A DNA stretch of 64,000 nucleotides from assembly GCA_963718235.1 (NCBI GenBank), contig CAVQYR010000002.1, forward strand, positions 416,001-480,000, written 5' to 3'. The position numbers were made by a program, and so were the translations under genes. The DNA comes from an uncultured Actinomycetota bacterium. Lineage in GTDB: Bacteria > Actinomycetota > Actinomycetes > JAHEKZ01. This document shows, in pieces, positions 36,938 to 47,241 of the stretch; position 1 is the stretch's first letter; every line of letters begins with the position of its first letter. The notes under the pieces are model-generated. The model was not told the DNA's origin. It saw only the letters and a program-made list of their open reading frames with translations, and did not search any database.

Positions 36938-39900
36938 CCGTCACACCGGCGCCGCTCACCCGCGCTCGGCTGGCCGAGCTCATGCAGATCCCCTTTACCG
37001 ACGAGCAGTGGGCGGCGGTTACGGCCCCGCTCGAGCCAGGTCTGGTGATCGCGGGTGCGGGTTCGGGCAAGACCAGTGTCATGGCGGCCCGCGTCGTCTG
37101 GGCGGTCGCGCAGCTGGGCGTCGCCACCGACCAGATCCTGGGTCTCACGTTCACCAACAAGGCTGCGGCCGAGCTGTCCACCCGGGTCCGCCGCTCGCTG
37201 CACGCCTGGGCCGGGTCGACCGGGCTCGTGGCGTCCCTGGACACCGAGCCCACGGTGCTCACCTACCACGCCTACGCGGCCCGGCTGGTGCGCGAGCACG
37301 GGCTGCGGCTGGGGCTCGAGCCGGCAGCGCGACTGCTGGCCGACGCCAGCCGCTACCAGCTGGCCGACCGGGTCCTGCGCCGACAGGACGGGCCTTTCCA
37401 CGGGCTCGAGAAGGGGGTCGCCTCGCTGGTCGGCGACGTGCTCGCCCTCGACGGCGAGCTCAACGAGCACCTGGTCGACCTCGACGCGCTCAGCGCGTTC
37501 GACACCGCTCTGGTGGTCGAGCTGTCGGCGCTCGACAAGCCCACCCGTGAGACCGACGCAGTGCTGTCGGCGGCCCGGGCCCGGCTCGACCTCGTCCGTC
37601 TGGTCAGGCAGTACCGCCTCGAGAAGCGTCAGCGCGACGTCGTCGACTTCGGTGACCAGATGGCCTTCGCGGCCCGGCTGGCGGTCGAGGTCCCCGAGGT
37701 GGCCGCTGCCGAACGGGCGACTTTCCCGGTGGTGCTGCTCGACGAGTACCAGGACACCTCGATCGCGCAGAAGCAGCTGCTCCTGGGACTCTTCGGTGCG
37801 GGTCATCCGGTGACGGCGGTGGGCGACCCGTTCCAGGCCATCTACGGCTGGCGTGGTGCCTCGGTGTCCAACATCGACCGGTTCCCCGAGGAGTTCCTCA
37901 CCTCGTCCGGACAGCCCGCGCACCGGTTTGGGCTGGGCCAGAACAACCGCTCGGGTGGCCGTCTGCTCGCCTTGGCCAACTCGGTAGCCGAGCCGTTGCG
38001 CGCCGTCCACCCGGGGGTGGTGACGTTGACCCCCCGTCCGGACGTCGTCGACGAGGGGCGAACGGTCGTCGGCCTGTTCGATACCTACGCCGACGAGGTG
38101 CAGTGGGTGGCCCAGGACATCGCCAAACGGTGCGCCGGCTCCACGGCACCGGGCGACGTCGCGGTGCTGGTGCGAGTCACCTCCGACGTGCCGGCGTACC
38201 ACGCCGCGCTGGTCGGCCTCGGGGTGCCGGTGCAGGTCGTCGGCCTGGGCGGTCTGCTGGCCCTGCCGGAGGTCGCCGACGTCGTGGCCACCCTGCAGGT
38301 GCTCGACGACCCGACGGCGAACGCGTCCCTGGTCCGGCTGCTCACCGGGCCGCGGTGGCGGATCGGTCCGCGCGACCTCGTCCTGCTCGGGCGCCGGGCC
38401 CGTCAGCTGGTGTCCGACCCCGGGGCGGGTCGAGACGCCGACCGGCCGCGAGACCGCGACCAGGCGCTGTTCGACGCCGTGGCCGGGGTCGACCCGACCG
38501 AGGTGGTCTCGCTGCTCGACGCCCTGTTCGACCCGGGCCCGGCCAGGTACGACCCGCAGGCGCTGGTCCGCTTCGCCCGGCTGTCCGACGAGCTGCGGGC
38601 GTTGCGCCGGCACCTGTCCGAGCCGCTCGACGACGTCGTGCACCGGGTCATCTCCGCCCTCGGTCTGACGGTCGAGGTCGCAGCCTCGCGAGCGGCCAGC
38701 CACGCCCGACGCGGGGAGGTGCTGGCCCAGTTCGTCGAGGCGGCGTCGTCGTTCGTCGACCTCGACGGCGACCCGTCGGTGCGGGCGTTCCTCGCCTACC
38801 TGAAGGCGGCCACCACCCATGACCGCGGGCTCGACGCGGCGCTGCCCACCGAGGCCGACGCAGTCACCCTGATGACGGTGCACAAGGCCAAGGGGCTGGA
38901 GTGGTCGGCGGTGTACGTGCCCGACCTGACCCGCGGGGTGTTCCCTTCGTCGCGGGGGCGTGCTCGGTGGACCTCGCGCGCGGCCACCCTTCCCTTCCCG
39001 TTGCGTGGCGACGTCGACGACCACCCGAGCACGCCGCAGTGGAACAACGCTGCGCTGAGGCAGTTCGCGACCGAGTGCACGGCCCTCGACGCGCGCGAGG
39101 AGCTCCGCCTGGCCTACGTCGCCACCACCCGGGCCCGCGACCTCGCCGTGCTCACGTCGCACTGGTGGGGCCCGACCCAGGTCGAGGTCCGCGGCCCGTC
39201 GCCGTACCTGGTGACCGCCCACGACCACGTGGCCGCCGACCCCGGCCACGGTCACGTCGTCGCCTGGAGTGACCCGCCCACCGAGACGTCCAACCCGCAC
39301 CTGACGTCGGCCGCTGCCTACACCTGGCCGACCCCGCTCGAACCCGAGGCGCTGCGGGTCCGCACCGAGGTCGCCGCCCGGGTGCGCCAGGCCCTGGCCC
39401 AGGGCGCGGCCCCACCGACGTCGCCGGAGGGCCAGCCCTCGCTGTCGCCGGCGGGGCGGGCCCTGGTCGCCGAGTGGGACCGCGACCGTGACCTGCTGCT
39501 CGAGGAGGCGCGCCGCTCCCACGAGCCGGTGCGCGACGTCGACCTCCCGGTGTCCCTCACCGCCTCCCAGCTGGTCCGCCTGCACGCCGACCCACAGGGC
39601 TTCGCCCGCGACATCGTGCGCCCGCTCCCGCGCCCGCCGGCCCCGGCCGCCGACCGGGGTACCGCTTTCCACGCCTGGGTCGAGGCGCGCTTCTCCCGGC
39701 CGGCCCTGCTCGACCTCGACGACCTGCCGGCAGCCGACGACCTCGCCCTCGACGACGACCTGGCGACCCTGCAGCAGTCGTTCCTCGCCGGGCCGTACGC
39801 CGAGCGGGTGCCGTTCGCGGTCGAGGCCCCGTTCGAGGTGGTGGTCGCCGGTCATCCGGTGCGCGGACGGATCGACGCCGTCTACCTGACCGAGACCGGT

Positions 39901-40158
39901 TCAGCTGGCACGCCAGGTTCCGCACCGACCCGTCGGTTCGAGGTCGTCGACTGGAAGACCGGTCGACGCGGCGCCGACCCGCTCCAGCTGGCCATCTACC
40001 GGGTGGCCTGGGCCGAGCTGCACGACGTCCCGCTCGACCAGGTCGACGCAGCCTTCTACGCCGTCGCCACCGGCGAGGTCCAGCGCTTCGACAACCTCCC
40101 GGACAAGGCGGGGATCGCAGCCCTGCTGGGTGGGGCCACGGTGGGCGGGTCGCCCTGA
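36934..40158 (+). CDS. adnB: AdnB-like UvrD helicase-nuclease
   Basis: AGAGSGKT, DEYQD, TVHKAKGLE, GRIDAV, VDWKTG, QLAIY. ATGA overlap with adnA. Confidence 0.88.
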   Translation: MTVTPAPLTRARLAELMQIPFTDEQWAAVTAPLEPGLVIAGAGSGKTSVMAARVVWAVAQLGVATDQILGLTFTNKAAAELSTRVRRSLHAWAGSTGLVASLDTEPTVLTYHAYAARLVREHGLRLGLEPAARLLADASRYQLADRVLRRQDGPFHGLEKGVASLVGDVLALDGELNEHLVDLDALSAFDTALVVELSALDKPTRETDAVLSAARARLDLVRLVRQYRLEKRQRDVVDFGDQMAFAARLAVEVPEVAAAERATFPVVLLDEYQDTSIAQKQLLLGLFGAGHPVTAVGDPFQAIYGWRGASVSNIDRFPEEFLTSSGQPAHRFGLGQNNRSGGRLLALANSVAEPLRAVHPGVVTLTPRPDVVDEGRTVVGLFDTYADEVQWVAQDIAKRCAGSTAPGDVAVLVRVTSDVPAYHAALVGLGVPVQVVGLGGLLALPEVADVVATLQVLDDPTANASLVRLLTGPRWRIGPRDLVLLGRRARQLVSDPGAGRDADRPRDRDQALFDAVAGVDPTEVVSLLDALFDPGPARYDPQALVRFARLSDELRALRRHLSEPLDDVVHRVISALGLTVEVAASRAASHARRGEVLAQFVEAASSFVDLDGDPSVRAFLAYLKAATTHDRGLDAALPTEADAVTLMTVHKAKGLEWSAVYVPDLTRGVFPSSRGRARWTSRAATLPFPLRGDVDDHPSTPQWNNAALRQFATECTALDAREELRLAYVATTRARDLAVLTSHWWGPTQVEVRGPSPYLVTAHDHVAADPGHGHVVAWSDPPTETSNPHLTSAAAYTWPTPLEPEALRVRTEVAARVRQALAQGAAPPTSPEGQPSLSPAGRALVAEWDRDRDLLLEEARRSHEPVRDVDLPVSLTASQLVRLHADPQGFARDIVRPLPRPPAPAADRGTAFHAWVEARFSRPALLDLDDLPAADDLALDDDLATLQQSFLAGPYAERVPFAVEAPFEVVVAGHPVRGRIDAVYLTETGSAGTPGSAPTRRFEVVDWKTGRRGADPLQLAIYRVAWAELHDVPLDQVDAAFYAVATGEVQRFDNLPDKAGIAALLGGATVGGSP

Positions 40159-40194
40159 CCGCTGTGGCGCGCTGACCGCCGTACCCTGACCGGT

Positions 40195-41130
40195 GTGTCG
40201 AGCCTGCCGTCCTTGGCGCTGTCGCGGTCGTCGGTCGACCGCCTGGCGCACCGTCGAGACGACGCACCGTGGCTGGCCGCCGCCTGGTCCGACCCCCGCA
40301 CCCGGGTGCTCGTGGTGACCGGTGGCCGGGTCCCGGTCGAGGGTGAGCCACCACACCTCGTCGGAGTCGCGAGCGGATCGGCGCCCGACGGTGAGCGCTA
40401 CCTGCTCGGCGTCGACCCCGACGACCAGGTCTGGTTCGCGGTGCGGGTCGACCACCCGGTCGACGAGCCGGCACCCGGGACCGTGGCATTGCGCGAGGTC
40501 GGAGCCCTGCTCGACGACCGCGACGCCGGCCTGGCCGTGCACGCCGTGTCCCTGGCCAACTGGCACGCCACCCACACGCACTGTCCGCGCTGCGGCACCC
40601 CCACGGTGGTGTCCGCCGCGGGGGCCCAGCGGTGGTGCCCGACCGACCAGAGCACCCACTTCCCGCGCACCGACCCGGCGATGATCGTGCTGGTCACCGA
40701 CCCCGACGACCGGGCCCTGCTCGGCCGCCAGGCGGTCTGGCTGCCCGGGCGCTACTCGACCCTCGCCGGCTTCGTCGAGCCGGGCGAGGACGCCGAGCGC
40801 TGCGTGGTGCGTGAGGTCTGGGAGGAGGCCGGCGTGGTCGTTCAGGACGTCGAGTACCTGGGCTCGCAGCCGTGGCCGTTCCCGGGGTCGCTGATGCTCG
40901 GGTTCACGGCTCGGTGCGTCGACGGTGCCGAGCCGACGGTCGACGGTGTGGAGCTCACCGAGGCCCGGTGGTTCACCCGTGACGACCTGGCCGCAGCGGT
41001 GGCAGGTGGTGTGCTGACCCTGCCGCCTCAGGTGTCGATCGCCCGCCGCCTGATCGAGCACTGGTTCGGTGCGCCGATCGGCGAACCGAGCGACGGCGGT
41101 CAGGCGGCCAGCTCGGCCAGCTTCTCCTGA
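40195..41130 (+). CDS. nudC: NAD(H) diphosphatase NudC
   Basis: HCPRCG, FPRTDPA, AGFVEPGE...REVWEEAG, SQPWPFPGS. Confidence 0.95.
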   Translation: MSSLPSLALSRSSVDRLAHRRDDAPWLAAAWSDPRTRVLVVTGGRVPVEGEPPHLVGVASGSAPDGERYLLGVDPDDQVWFAVRVDHPVDEPAPGTVALREVGALLDDRDAGLAVHAVSLANWHATHTHCPRCGTPTVVSAAGAQRWCPTDQSTHFPRTDPAMIVLVTDPDDRALLGRQAVWLPGRYSTLAGFVEPGEDAERCVVREVWEEAGVVVQDVEYLGSQPWPFPGSLMLGFTARCVDGAEPTVDGVELTEARWFTRDDLAAAVAGGVLTLPPQVSIARRLIEHWFGAPIGEPSDGGQAASSASFS

Positions 41131-41342
41131 ACCTCGCGCAGCGACGGGTTGGTCAGCGTGGAGCCGTCGTCGAACAGCAGGGTGGGGACCGTCTGGTCGC
41201 CGTCGTTGCGGCTCATCACGAACGCCGCGGCGTCGTCGTCCGCCTCGAGGTCGACGACGACGAACGGGATCGCCGCGTCCTGCATCAACCGCTTGAGCCG
41301 GTGGCAGTAGCCGCACCAGGCGGTCGAGTACATGGTGAGCAC
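41100..41342 (-). CDS. mrx1: Mycoredoxin (glutaredoxin-like)
   Basis: MYSTAWCGYC, GDQTVPT, TNPS. Lies between nudC and uvrD2. Confidence 0.9.
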   Translation of the reverse strand: MLTMYSTAWCGYCHRLKRLMQDAAIPFVVVDLEADDDAAAFVMSRNDGDQTVPTLLFDDGSTLTNPSLREVQEKLAELAA

Positions 41343-41413
41343 CCCCGAACCGTACGGAACGGACCGGCCACCCGCGAATCGGGACGGTCGGACCCGGCTG
41401 GGAGGATGCGGGC

Positions 41414-43513
41414 GTGGATGCCGACGCCGTGCTTGCCGGGCTCGACCCCGAGCAGCGCGCCGTGGCCACGGCGCCTCGGGGTCCGGTGTGTGTGCTGGCC
41501 GGGGCGGGCACTGGCAAGACCCGGGCCCTGACCCACCGGATCGCCTACGCCGTCCACTCCGGTCAGGTCGACCCGGCCCGGGTGCTGTCGCTCACCTTCA
41601 CCGCGCGCGCTGCCGGCGAGCTGCGCGGTCGGCTGCGGACGCTCGAGGTCGACGGGGTCCAGGCACGCACCATCCATGCGGCGGCGCTGCGGCAGCTGCG
41701 CTACTTCTGGCCCCAGGTGGTCGGGGGCGAGCCGCCGAGCGTCCTGGCCCAGAAGGCCGGGCTCGTGGCCGAGGCCGCGTCGCGGTGCCGGGTGCGGGTC
41801 GACCGCACCGCCCTGCGCGACCTCGCCTCGGAGATCGAGTGGGCGAAGGTGAGCCAGGTCGCACCGGACGACTACCCCGCGTCGGCCGCCGCAGCAGCCC
41901 GGGCCATGCCCGCCGACCTCCCCCCGGGTGAGGTCGCGCGCGTCTACGGCGCCTACGACGACGTCAAGCGGGGGCGCGGCCAGATCGACTTCGAGGACGT
42001 CCTGCTGCTCACCGCCGGCATGCTCGACGACGACAGCCGGATGGCCGGCAACGTCCGGGCCCAGTACCAGCACCTGCTCGTCGATGAGTACCAGGACGTC
42101 AGCCCGGCCCAGCAGAGGCTGATCGACCTCTGGCTCGGCGACGGTGACGACCTGACCGTCGTCGGCGATGCCGCCCAGACCATCTACTCCTTCACCGGGG
42201 CGTCGCCGCGGTTCCTGACCGGCTTCGCCCAGCGCTATCCGCACGCGACCGTGGTGCGGCTCGTGCGCGACTACCGGTCAACCCCTCAGGTCGTCGGTCT
42301 GGCGAACCGGGTGCTCGCGTCGTCCCCCGGCGACCCGGCACTGCGCCTCCAGCTCGTGGCGCAGCGGCCCGACGGTCCCGAGCCCGCGTTCGTCGGTCAC
42401 GCCGACGAGCCCGCCGAGGCGGCCGACGTCGTGGCCCGGATCAAGCACCTCGTCGAGTCCGGTGTCGCGGCGCGCGACATCGCCGTGCTGTACCGGGTCA
42501 ACGCGCAGAGCGAGGTCTACGAGGAGGAGCTGGCCCGCTGGGGGATCGACTACGTCGTCCGTGGCGGCGAGCGGTTCTTCGAACGGCCCGAGGTGCGCGA
42601 GGCGGTGGCGCTGCTGCGTGGCTCCCTGCGCAGCGGCGAGTCGCTCGGCGGCGACGTCTCGCTCACCGACCAGGTCAGCTCGGTCCTGGCCACCGCCGGC
42701 TACACCTCCACCGCGCCCGCAGGTCAGGGCACGGCCCGGACCCGCTGGGAGTCGTGGGCCGCACTGGTCGCCCTGGCCGGTGAGGTCGAGGCGCAGTCGC
42801 CCGGTGCGGGGTTGGCGCAGTTCGTGGACGAGCTCGACGAGCGAGCCGCGCTGCAGCATGCGCCAACCGTCGACGGCGTCACGCTGGCGTCGCTGCATGC
42901 CGCGAAGGGGCTCGAGTGGGACGCCGTCTTCCTGGTCGGGCTCGTCGACGGCACGCTGCCGATCACGTACGCGACCACCGCTGACCAGGTCGAGGAGGAG
43001 CGACGCTTGCTGTACGTCGGTGTCACCCGGGCTCGCGAGCACCTGACCTTGAGCTGGGCCACGGCCCGCAACCCCGGCACGCGCGGTCAACGCCGTCCGT
43101 CACGCTTCCTCGACGGCCTTCGCCCCGCCGATCCAGCGTCGACCGACGGGTCGGCGACCGGTCGAGGTTCCAGGCGCCGTAAGGGCTCGGCGCGCTGTCG
43201 GGTGTGCGGTCGAGCACTGACGACTGCCGTCGAACGCAAGCTGAGGCACTGCGCCGACTGCGAGGTCGACGTCGACCTCGCACTCTTCGAGCGACTGCGT
43301 GAGTGGCGGCTGACCGAGGCGCAGCACGCCAGTGTCCCTGCCTACGTCGTGTTCACCGACGTCACCCTCACCGCGATCGCCCAGGACCGTCCGACCACCG
43401 AGGCCGAGCTCGTCGCCGTGCCCGGAGTCGGACCCTCCAAGCTGGCGCGGTACGGACCTGCGGTGCTCGCCGTCGTCGCGGGCGAGTGGACCGGACACGC
43501 CGACGCACGATAA
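41414..43513 (+). CDS. uvrD2: ATP-dependent DNA helicase UvrD2
   Basis: AGAGTGKT, DEYQD, SLHAAKGLEW, tetracysteine CRVC...CADC, C-terminal HRDC (VPAYVVFTD). Confidence 0.93.
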   Translation: MDADAVLAGLDPEQRAVATAPRGPVCVLAGAGTGKTRALTHRIAYAVHSGQVDPARVLSLTFTARAAGELRGRLRTLEVDGVQARTIHAAALRQLRYFWPQVVGGEPPSVLAQKAGLVAEAASRCRVRVDRTALRDLASEIEWAKVSQVAPDDYPASAAAAARAMPADLPPGEVARVYGAYDDVKRGRGQIDFEDVLLLTAGMLDDDSRMAGNVRAQYQHLLVDEYQDVSPAQQRLIDLWLGDGDDLTVVGDAAQTIYSFTGASPRFLTGFAQRYPHATVVRLVRDYRSTPQVVGLANRVLASSPGDPALRLQLVAQRPDGPEPAFVGHADEPAEAADVVARIKHLVESGVAARDIAVLYRVNAQSEVYEEELARWGIDYVVRGGERFFERPEVREAVALLRGSLRSGESLGGDVSLTDQVSSVLATAGYTSTAPAGQGTARTRWESWAALVALAGEVEAQSPGAGLAQFVDELDERAALQHAPTVDGVTLASLHAAKGLEWDAVFLVGLVDGTLPITYATTADQVEEERRLLYVGVTRAREHLTLSWATARNPGTRGQRRPSRFLDGLRPADPASTDGSATGRGSRRRKGSARCRVCGRALTTAVERKLRHCADCEVDVDLALFERLREWRLTEAQHASVPAYVVFTDVTLTAIAQDRPTTEAELVAVPGVGPSKLARYGPAVLAVVAGEWTGHADAR

Positions 43514-43548
43514 ATCCCTTGCCCGCGCGTGACGGCGTCGCGTACCCT
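43509..43548 (+). promoter_or_regulatory. WhiB7-dependent promoter (AT-rich box, -35, -10)
   Basis: GATAAAT ends 3 nt before TTGCCC (43519-43524); 18-nt spacer; TACCCT (43543-43548). Confidence 0.75.
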
Positions 43549-43622
43549 GTCCGAACGCGCGGCACCACTGGTGCCCGCGCACTGTTGACGAAGTCCGAGC
43601 CGCGACGAGGAGGTGACCTGAG

Positions 43623-43769
43623 GTGAAGCACATGACGCAGTACTCCGCAACGACCCCCGCTGCACGCCCGGTCGCCCTCGGCGCCCCCGTGTCGCAGGGG
43701 ATCGGTGCACGTGGATTCGTCGGCCCGAACGCCGACTCGGCTGTCCGCACCTGGAGTCCACCAGTCTGA
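43623..43769 (+). CDS. whiB7 leader peptide (uORF, 48 aa; not in ORF track)
   Basis: SD AGGAGG upstream; VKHMTQYSATTPAARPVALGAPVSQGIGARGFVGPNADSAVRTWSPPV*. Lies between the promoter and the attenuator. Confidence 0.72.
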   Translation: MKHMTQYSATTPAARPVALGAPVSQGIGARGFVGPNADSAVRTWSPPV

Positions 43770-43790
43770 CCCTTTGACTGGCTCACTCCA

Positions 43791-43826
43791 GGCCGCGGAT
43801 CCCGACCAGGGACCGCGGTCTTTCTC
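43791..43826 (+). terminator. Intrinsic terminator/attenuator in the whiB7 leader
   Basis: GGCCGCGGATCCC...GGGACCGCGGTC hairpin followed by TTTCTC. Confidence 0.72.
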
Positions 43827-43888
43827 ATGGTCCAGCCAGAACAAAGAGCCAACCAGAACACCGAACCAACGCAAGGAGGTGAGCACCG

Positions 43889-44197
43889 ATGCCGCTGAAC
43901 CTGATCAACCCATCGATCGAGAGTGCCGCCGAGCTCGCAGTCGAGCTGACCGTCGTTGCAACGCGCGCACCGTGCGAGGCCTTCGACCCCGAGCTGTGGT
44001 TCTCCGAGACCCCGGACGGCGTGGAACAGGCCAAGGCCCTGTGCCGCACCTGCCCCCGGCGTGAGTCGTGCCTCGTCGGTGCTCTCGAGCGCAAGGAGCC
44101 GTGGGGTGTGTGGGGTGGCGAGCTCTTCGTCAGTGGAGTCGTGGTCCCACGCAAGCGGCCGCGCGGTCGTCCGCGCAAGGACGCCCAGGTCGCCTGA
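43889..44197 (+). CDS. whiB7: WhiB7/WblC transcriptional regulator
   Basis: Four Cys (C...CRTC.....C), EPWGVWGGE, AT-hook RKRPRGRPRK. SD AAGGAGG; downstream of uvrD2. Confidence 0.95.
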   Translation: MPLNLINPSIESAAELAVELTVVATRAPCEAFDPELWFSETPDGVEQAKALCRTCPRRESCLVGALERKEPWGVWGGELFVSGVVVPRKRPRGRPRKDAQVA

Positions 44198-44275
44198 CCT
44201 TGGGTCGACTGCTCACCCCTGCGGTCTCGACGTCGGCTCTCGAACCATCGTGTCCACGTGTAGGAAGGACCTGTC

Positions 44276-44458
44276 ATGTTCACCGTTCTCGAGCACACTC
44301 GTGCTCATCACGACGAGCGGCTGAGATCCGCTCATGAGCACCGGCGGCAGCTCCGGCTGCTCGCGGCTCGGCGCGCTCAGCGTCGCGCCGAGCGCGCCGC
44401 CTGCCGGGCCCGTGAGGCTGCTCTGCAGGCCTCACTGGCCGCCACGAACATGTGGTGA
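44276..44458 (+). CDS. Small Arg/Ala-rich hypothetical protein downstream of whiB7
   Basis: SD AGGAAGGA; 60-aa sequence that looks helical. Confidence 0.65.
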   Translation: MFTVLEHTRAHHDERLRSAHEHRRQLRLLAARRAQRRAERAACRAREAALQASLAATNMW

Positions 44459-44527
44459 CCGCAGCTCACGCCGTCCGCGGCGAGTGCCGACTTCGGTCGT
44501 GTTCTCGCCGCGGACTGCTGCCCGGCC

Positions 44528-45832
44528 TCAGCTGGCGAAGCCGGGGACCCAGGTCTCGCACTCGCTGCGGAAGGGCGCCTCGCAGTCCAGCTGGCACAGC
44601 ACCCCCATGATGCCGAGGGTCGTCCGGTGGATCAGCAGGTACGACGGGGGCAGGTTGAGCTTGGTCCCGGTCGTGGCCTGACGCAGGTCGCCCAGACGGA
44701 TGGCCTCGGCGCGAAGCCAGGGGCGGGTGAACCGGAACGTGGGGGTGCGCACCGGGTCGAGCAGTGGGAGCAGGTACTCGAGCAGCACCTCGGGATCGAG
44801 GTCGACCTTCGAACGGACGAACCCCTCCTCGCGCAGTCCGTCGATGACCGCGTCGGCATCGCCGTCGATGGCCAGCCGGGCCAGGCGACCGATCGACGGG
44901 GGCAACCCGTCGGGCAGCTCGCTGACGGCGCCGAAGTCGAGGACTCCCAGCCGCGCGTCCGGCATGAGGCGGAAGTTGCCTGGGTGCGGGTCGCCGTGCA
45001 GCAGACCGGCACGTTGAGGGCCGGAGTACAGGAAACGCACGAGCAGGAGACCGGCGCGGTCGCGGTCGGCCTGGTGACCGTTGGCGATCACCCGGGACAG
45101 CGGCGTTCCCTCGATCCACTCGGTGACGAGCACCTGGTCGGCCCCGGCGATGACGTCGGGGACGACGAAGTCCGGGTCGTCGCGGTAGGCCAGGGCGAAC
45201 TGGTGCTGCACGCGCGCCTCGCGGCGGTAGTCCAGCTCCTCGACCATCCGCAGCTTCATCTCCTCGACCAGCGGCTTCATGTCCATACCGGGGTACAGCG
45301 GTCCGACCAGCCGCATCATCCGGCTGATCTGGTTGAGGTCGGACACGAGCGCCTGACCGGCGCCCGGGTACTGGATCTTGACCGCCACCGGGCGACCGTC
45401 GGACCACACCGCGCGGTGCACCTGGCCGATCGAGGCGGCTGCGGCAGGCGTGTCGTCGAAGCTGAGGAACTGCCGACGCCACTGCGGGCCGAGCTGCTCG
45501 GCGAGCACGGCGTGCACCGTGGCCGCGGCCAGCGGGGGAGCGGCTTCCTGCAGCTTGGCCAGCGTCTCGCGGTAGGGCTGGGCCAGCTCTTCGGGAAAGG
45601 CGGCCTCGAAGACGCTGAGCGCCTGGCCGAACTTCATCGCGCCGCCCTTGAGCTCTCCGAGGACCTTGAACATCTGTTCGGCGGTGCGCAGCTGCACCTC
45701 GGCCATGACCTGCTCCGCGGGACGGCCACCGACGCGTCGTCCGAGTCCCAAGGCGGTGCGTCCGGCCAGCCCGAGGGGCAACGTGGCCAGCTTGGCCGTG
45801 CGGGCAGCGGCACGGCGCGGGATCTCGGTCAC
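44528..45832 (-). CDS. ABC1/AarF/UbiB family kinase
   Basis: [39 protein letters not shown]. Confidence 0.93.
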   Translation of the reverse strand: MTEIPRRAAARTAKLATLPLGLAGRTALGLGRRVGGRPAEQVMAEVQLRTAEQMFKVLGELKGGAMKFGQALSVFEAAFPEELAQPYRETLAKLQEAAPPLAAATVHAVLAEQLGPQWRRQFLSFDDTPAAAASIGQVHRAVWSDGRPVAVKIQYPGAGQALVSDLNQISRMMRLVGPLYPGMDMKPLVEEMKLRMVEELDYRREARVQHQFALAYRDDPDFVVPDVIAGADQVLVTEWIEGTPLSRVIANGHQADRDRAGLLLVRFLYSGPQRAGLLHGDPHPGNFRLMPDARLGVLDFGAVSELPDGLPPSIGRLARLAIDGDADAVIDGLREEGFVRSKVDLDPEVLLEYLLPLLDPVRTPTFRFTRPWLRAEAIRLGDLRQATTGTKLNLPPSYLLIHRTTLGIMGVLCQLDCEAPFRSECETWVPGFAS

Positions 45833-46917
45833 ACAGGTGATTGTGCCTGTTGGCGCCAGGCGCAGCCGCACGACGGGTGGCGGGGGTACGGGTGTTGGCT
45901 CACGATGCCGTCCGGGGGGCGCATCGTGAGCTCGGCATCCACGCTCGGTGGAAGGCCGCCGTCGACCCACGAGGTGATGTGCCACGCGGCCCAGGCTGCC
46001 GTCGCCGTGACGGCGATCGCGGGCGCCTCGTCGTGGGCCGGACCGGACAGCTGGGCCATCAGTCGCGGCCAGGCGGGGTCACGATCGGTGCGGTGGTGGT
46101 CGACGCACGTGAGGCACGCGGTCTCACCCGGGACGACGAGTGGGCCGAGGCGACCCACACCCTCGACCACGTCGACCACGAGGTGTGGCTGCCCCGCGTT
46201 CACCAGTGCTTGTGCGCGCCGCCTCAGCTCGGGGAGGTCGGACCGGCCGGCGAGGACGACCAGCGCCGGCGCCGTGGACGACGGAGGAGTCGGCGCCCGA
46301 TGGGCGTGCTCGGCCAGTCGTTCGTGCAGCACTCGGTCGCGCGGTTGGTCGATGTCGCAGGAGCGGTGACCACCTGGGAGGACATCGACCTCGCGGACCG
46401 GTGCCGGGTCGAGCAGGCGCAGGTGGTCCAGCCCGGCCGCATGGAGCAGCACCGTGAGAGAGGCACCCAGTCGGCCCAGGCCCTCGATCTGCAGGCAGGT
46501 CCGCTGACGCCGGACGAAGGCGCGGGTTCCGTCTCCCGGCGCGCGCTGGGACAAGACCAGCGACGTGAGCTCAGGGCCCAGCCGCGCGCGGCGGGCGCGC
46601 AGGGAGCGCCCGAACGGCGTGCTGACCGCGGCCGCGTCGTCGAGCACCCCGTGGGCGACCAGTCCGTCGAGCAGCACGGAGGCGGTCTCCGGCGGGAGCC
46701 CACCTGCGGAGACGACCTGCGCCCGGGTCTGGTGACCGTCCAGGCCGAGCAGGAAGGCCGCGACGGCGTCGTCGACCTCGGGGACGACCACGGCGGTGTC
46801 CGGGTCGGTGCCGAACTGGACGGTGTGCGGGTCCCGCCACAGGCGGCGCAGGCCGGGCTTCAGGGCCGGTCGCCAGCGCGAGGACGCCGGCGGTTCTGGG
46901 GACGGGTGGGACGGCAC
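45829..46917 (-). CDS. ThiF/E1-like protein (Rv3196-like)
   Basis: LWRDPHTVQFG, GLGRLG, GPLVVPGETACLTC, HPSCGC. Start approximate. Confidence 0.8.
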   Translation of the reverse strand: MPSHPSPEPPASSRWRPALKPGLRRLWRDPHTVQFGTDPDTAVVVPEVDDAVAAFLLGLDGHQTRAQVVSAGGLPPETASVLLDGLVAHGVLDDAAAVSTPFGRSLRARRARLGPELTSLVLSQRAPGDGTRAFVRRQRTCLQIEGLGRLGASLTVLLHAAGLDHLRLLDPAPVREVDVLPGGHRSCDIDQPRDRVLHERLAEHAHRAPTPPSSTAPALVVLAGRSDLPELRRRAQALVNAGQPHLVVDVVEGVGRLGPLVVPGETACLTCVDHHRTDRDPAWPRLMAQLSGPAHDEAPAIAVTATAAWAAWHITSWVDGGLPPSVDAELTMRPPDGIVSQHPYPRHPSCGCAWRQQAQSPV

Positions 46918-47011
46918 GACACCTCCGTGGGACACGGGAAGGCGTGCAGCGTGCCACGCGCCCACGATCGACCGCGGTCGGCGTCCACAGGAGCGAGCGG
47001 GCCACGACATG

Positions 47012-47053
47012 CGTCGAGGGGGGCAGGTCGTGATCGACCCACCCCCCTCGACG
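47012..47053 (-). terminator. Hairpin after the DUF5679 gene
   Basis: CGTCGAGGGGGG (47012-47023) pairs with CCCCCCTCGACG (47042-47053), with an inner GGTCG/CGACC stem. Confidence 0.6.
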
Positions 47054-47085
47054 TCGTCGTGGGGGCGGAAGCCCTCAGCAGGCGG

Positions 47086-47241
47086 TCAGGCCTTGCCGAG
47101 GATCCGGTTGAGCTTGGTGCCGCAGACGGGGCAGATGCCCTTGGCCATGCGTCGGCCATTGGCCTCGTGGACCTCGCCGGTGAAGTCGCGCTTCTCCTTG
47201 CACTTCACGCAGTAGGCCTCGCCGGTGTAGCTCTCGGCCAT
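47086..47241 (-). CDS. DUF5679-like small zinc-ribbon protein (51 aa)
   Basis: SD AGGAGG; MAESYTGEAYCVKCKEKR...GICPVCGTKLNRILGKA. Confidence 0.85.
   Translation of the reverse strand: MAESYTGEAYCVKCKEKRDFTGEVHEANGRRMAKGICPVCGTKLNRILGKA

Noticed and set aside
33698-43513. Three UvrD helicases with nucleases as a novel defence system
   Set aside because: Matches the conserved adnA-adnB-nudC-mrx1-uvrD2 repair locus.
45829-47241. ThiF-like gene plus small Cys peptide as a RiPP/TOMM cluster
   Set aside because: No YcaO, dehydrogenase or exporter; the small protein is a CxxC zinc ribbon, and the ThiF-like/ABC1 pair is conserved housekeeping synteny.
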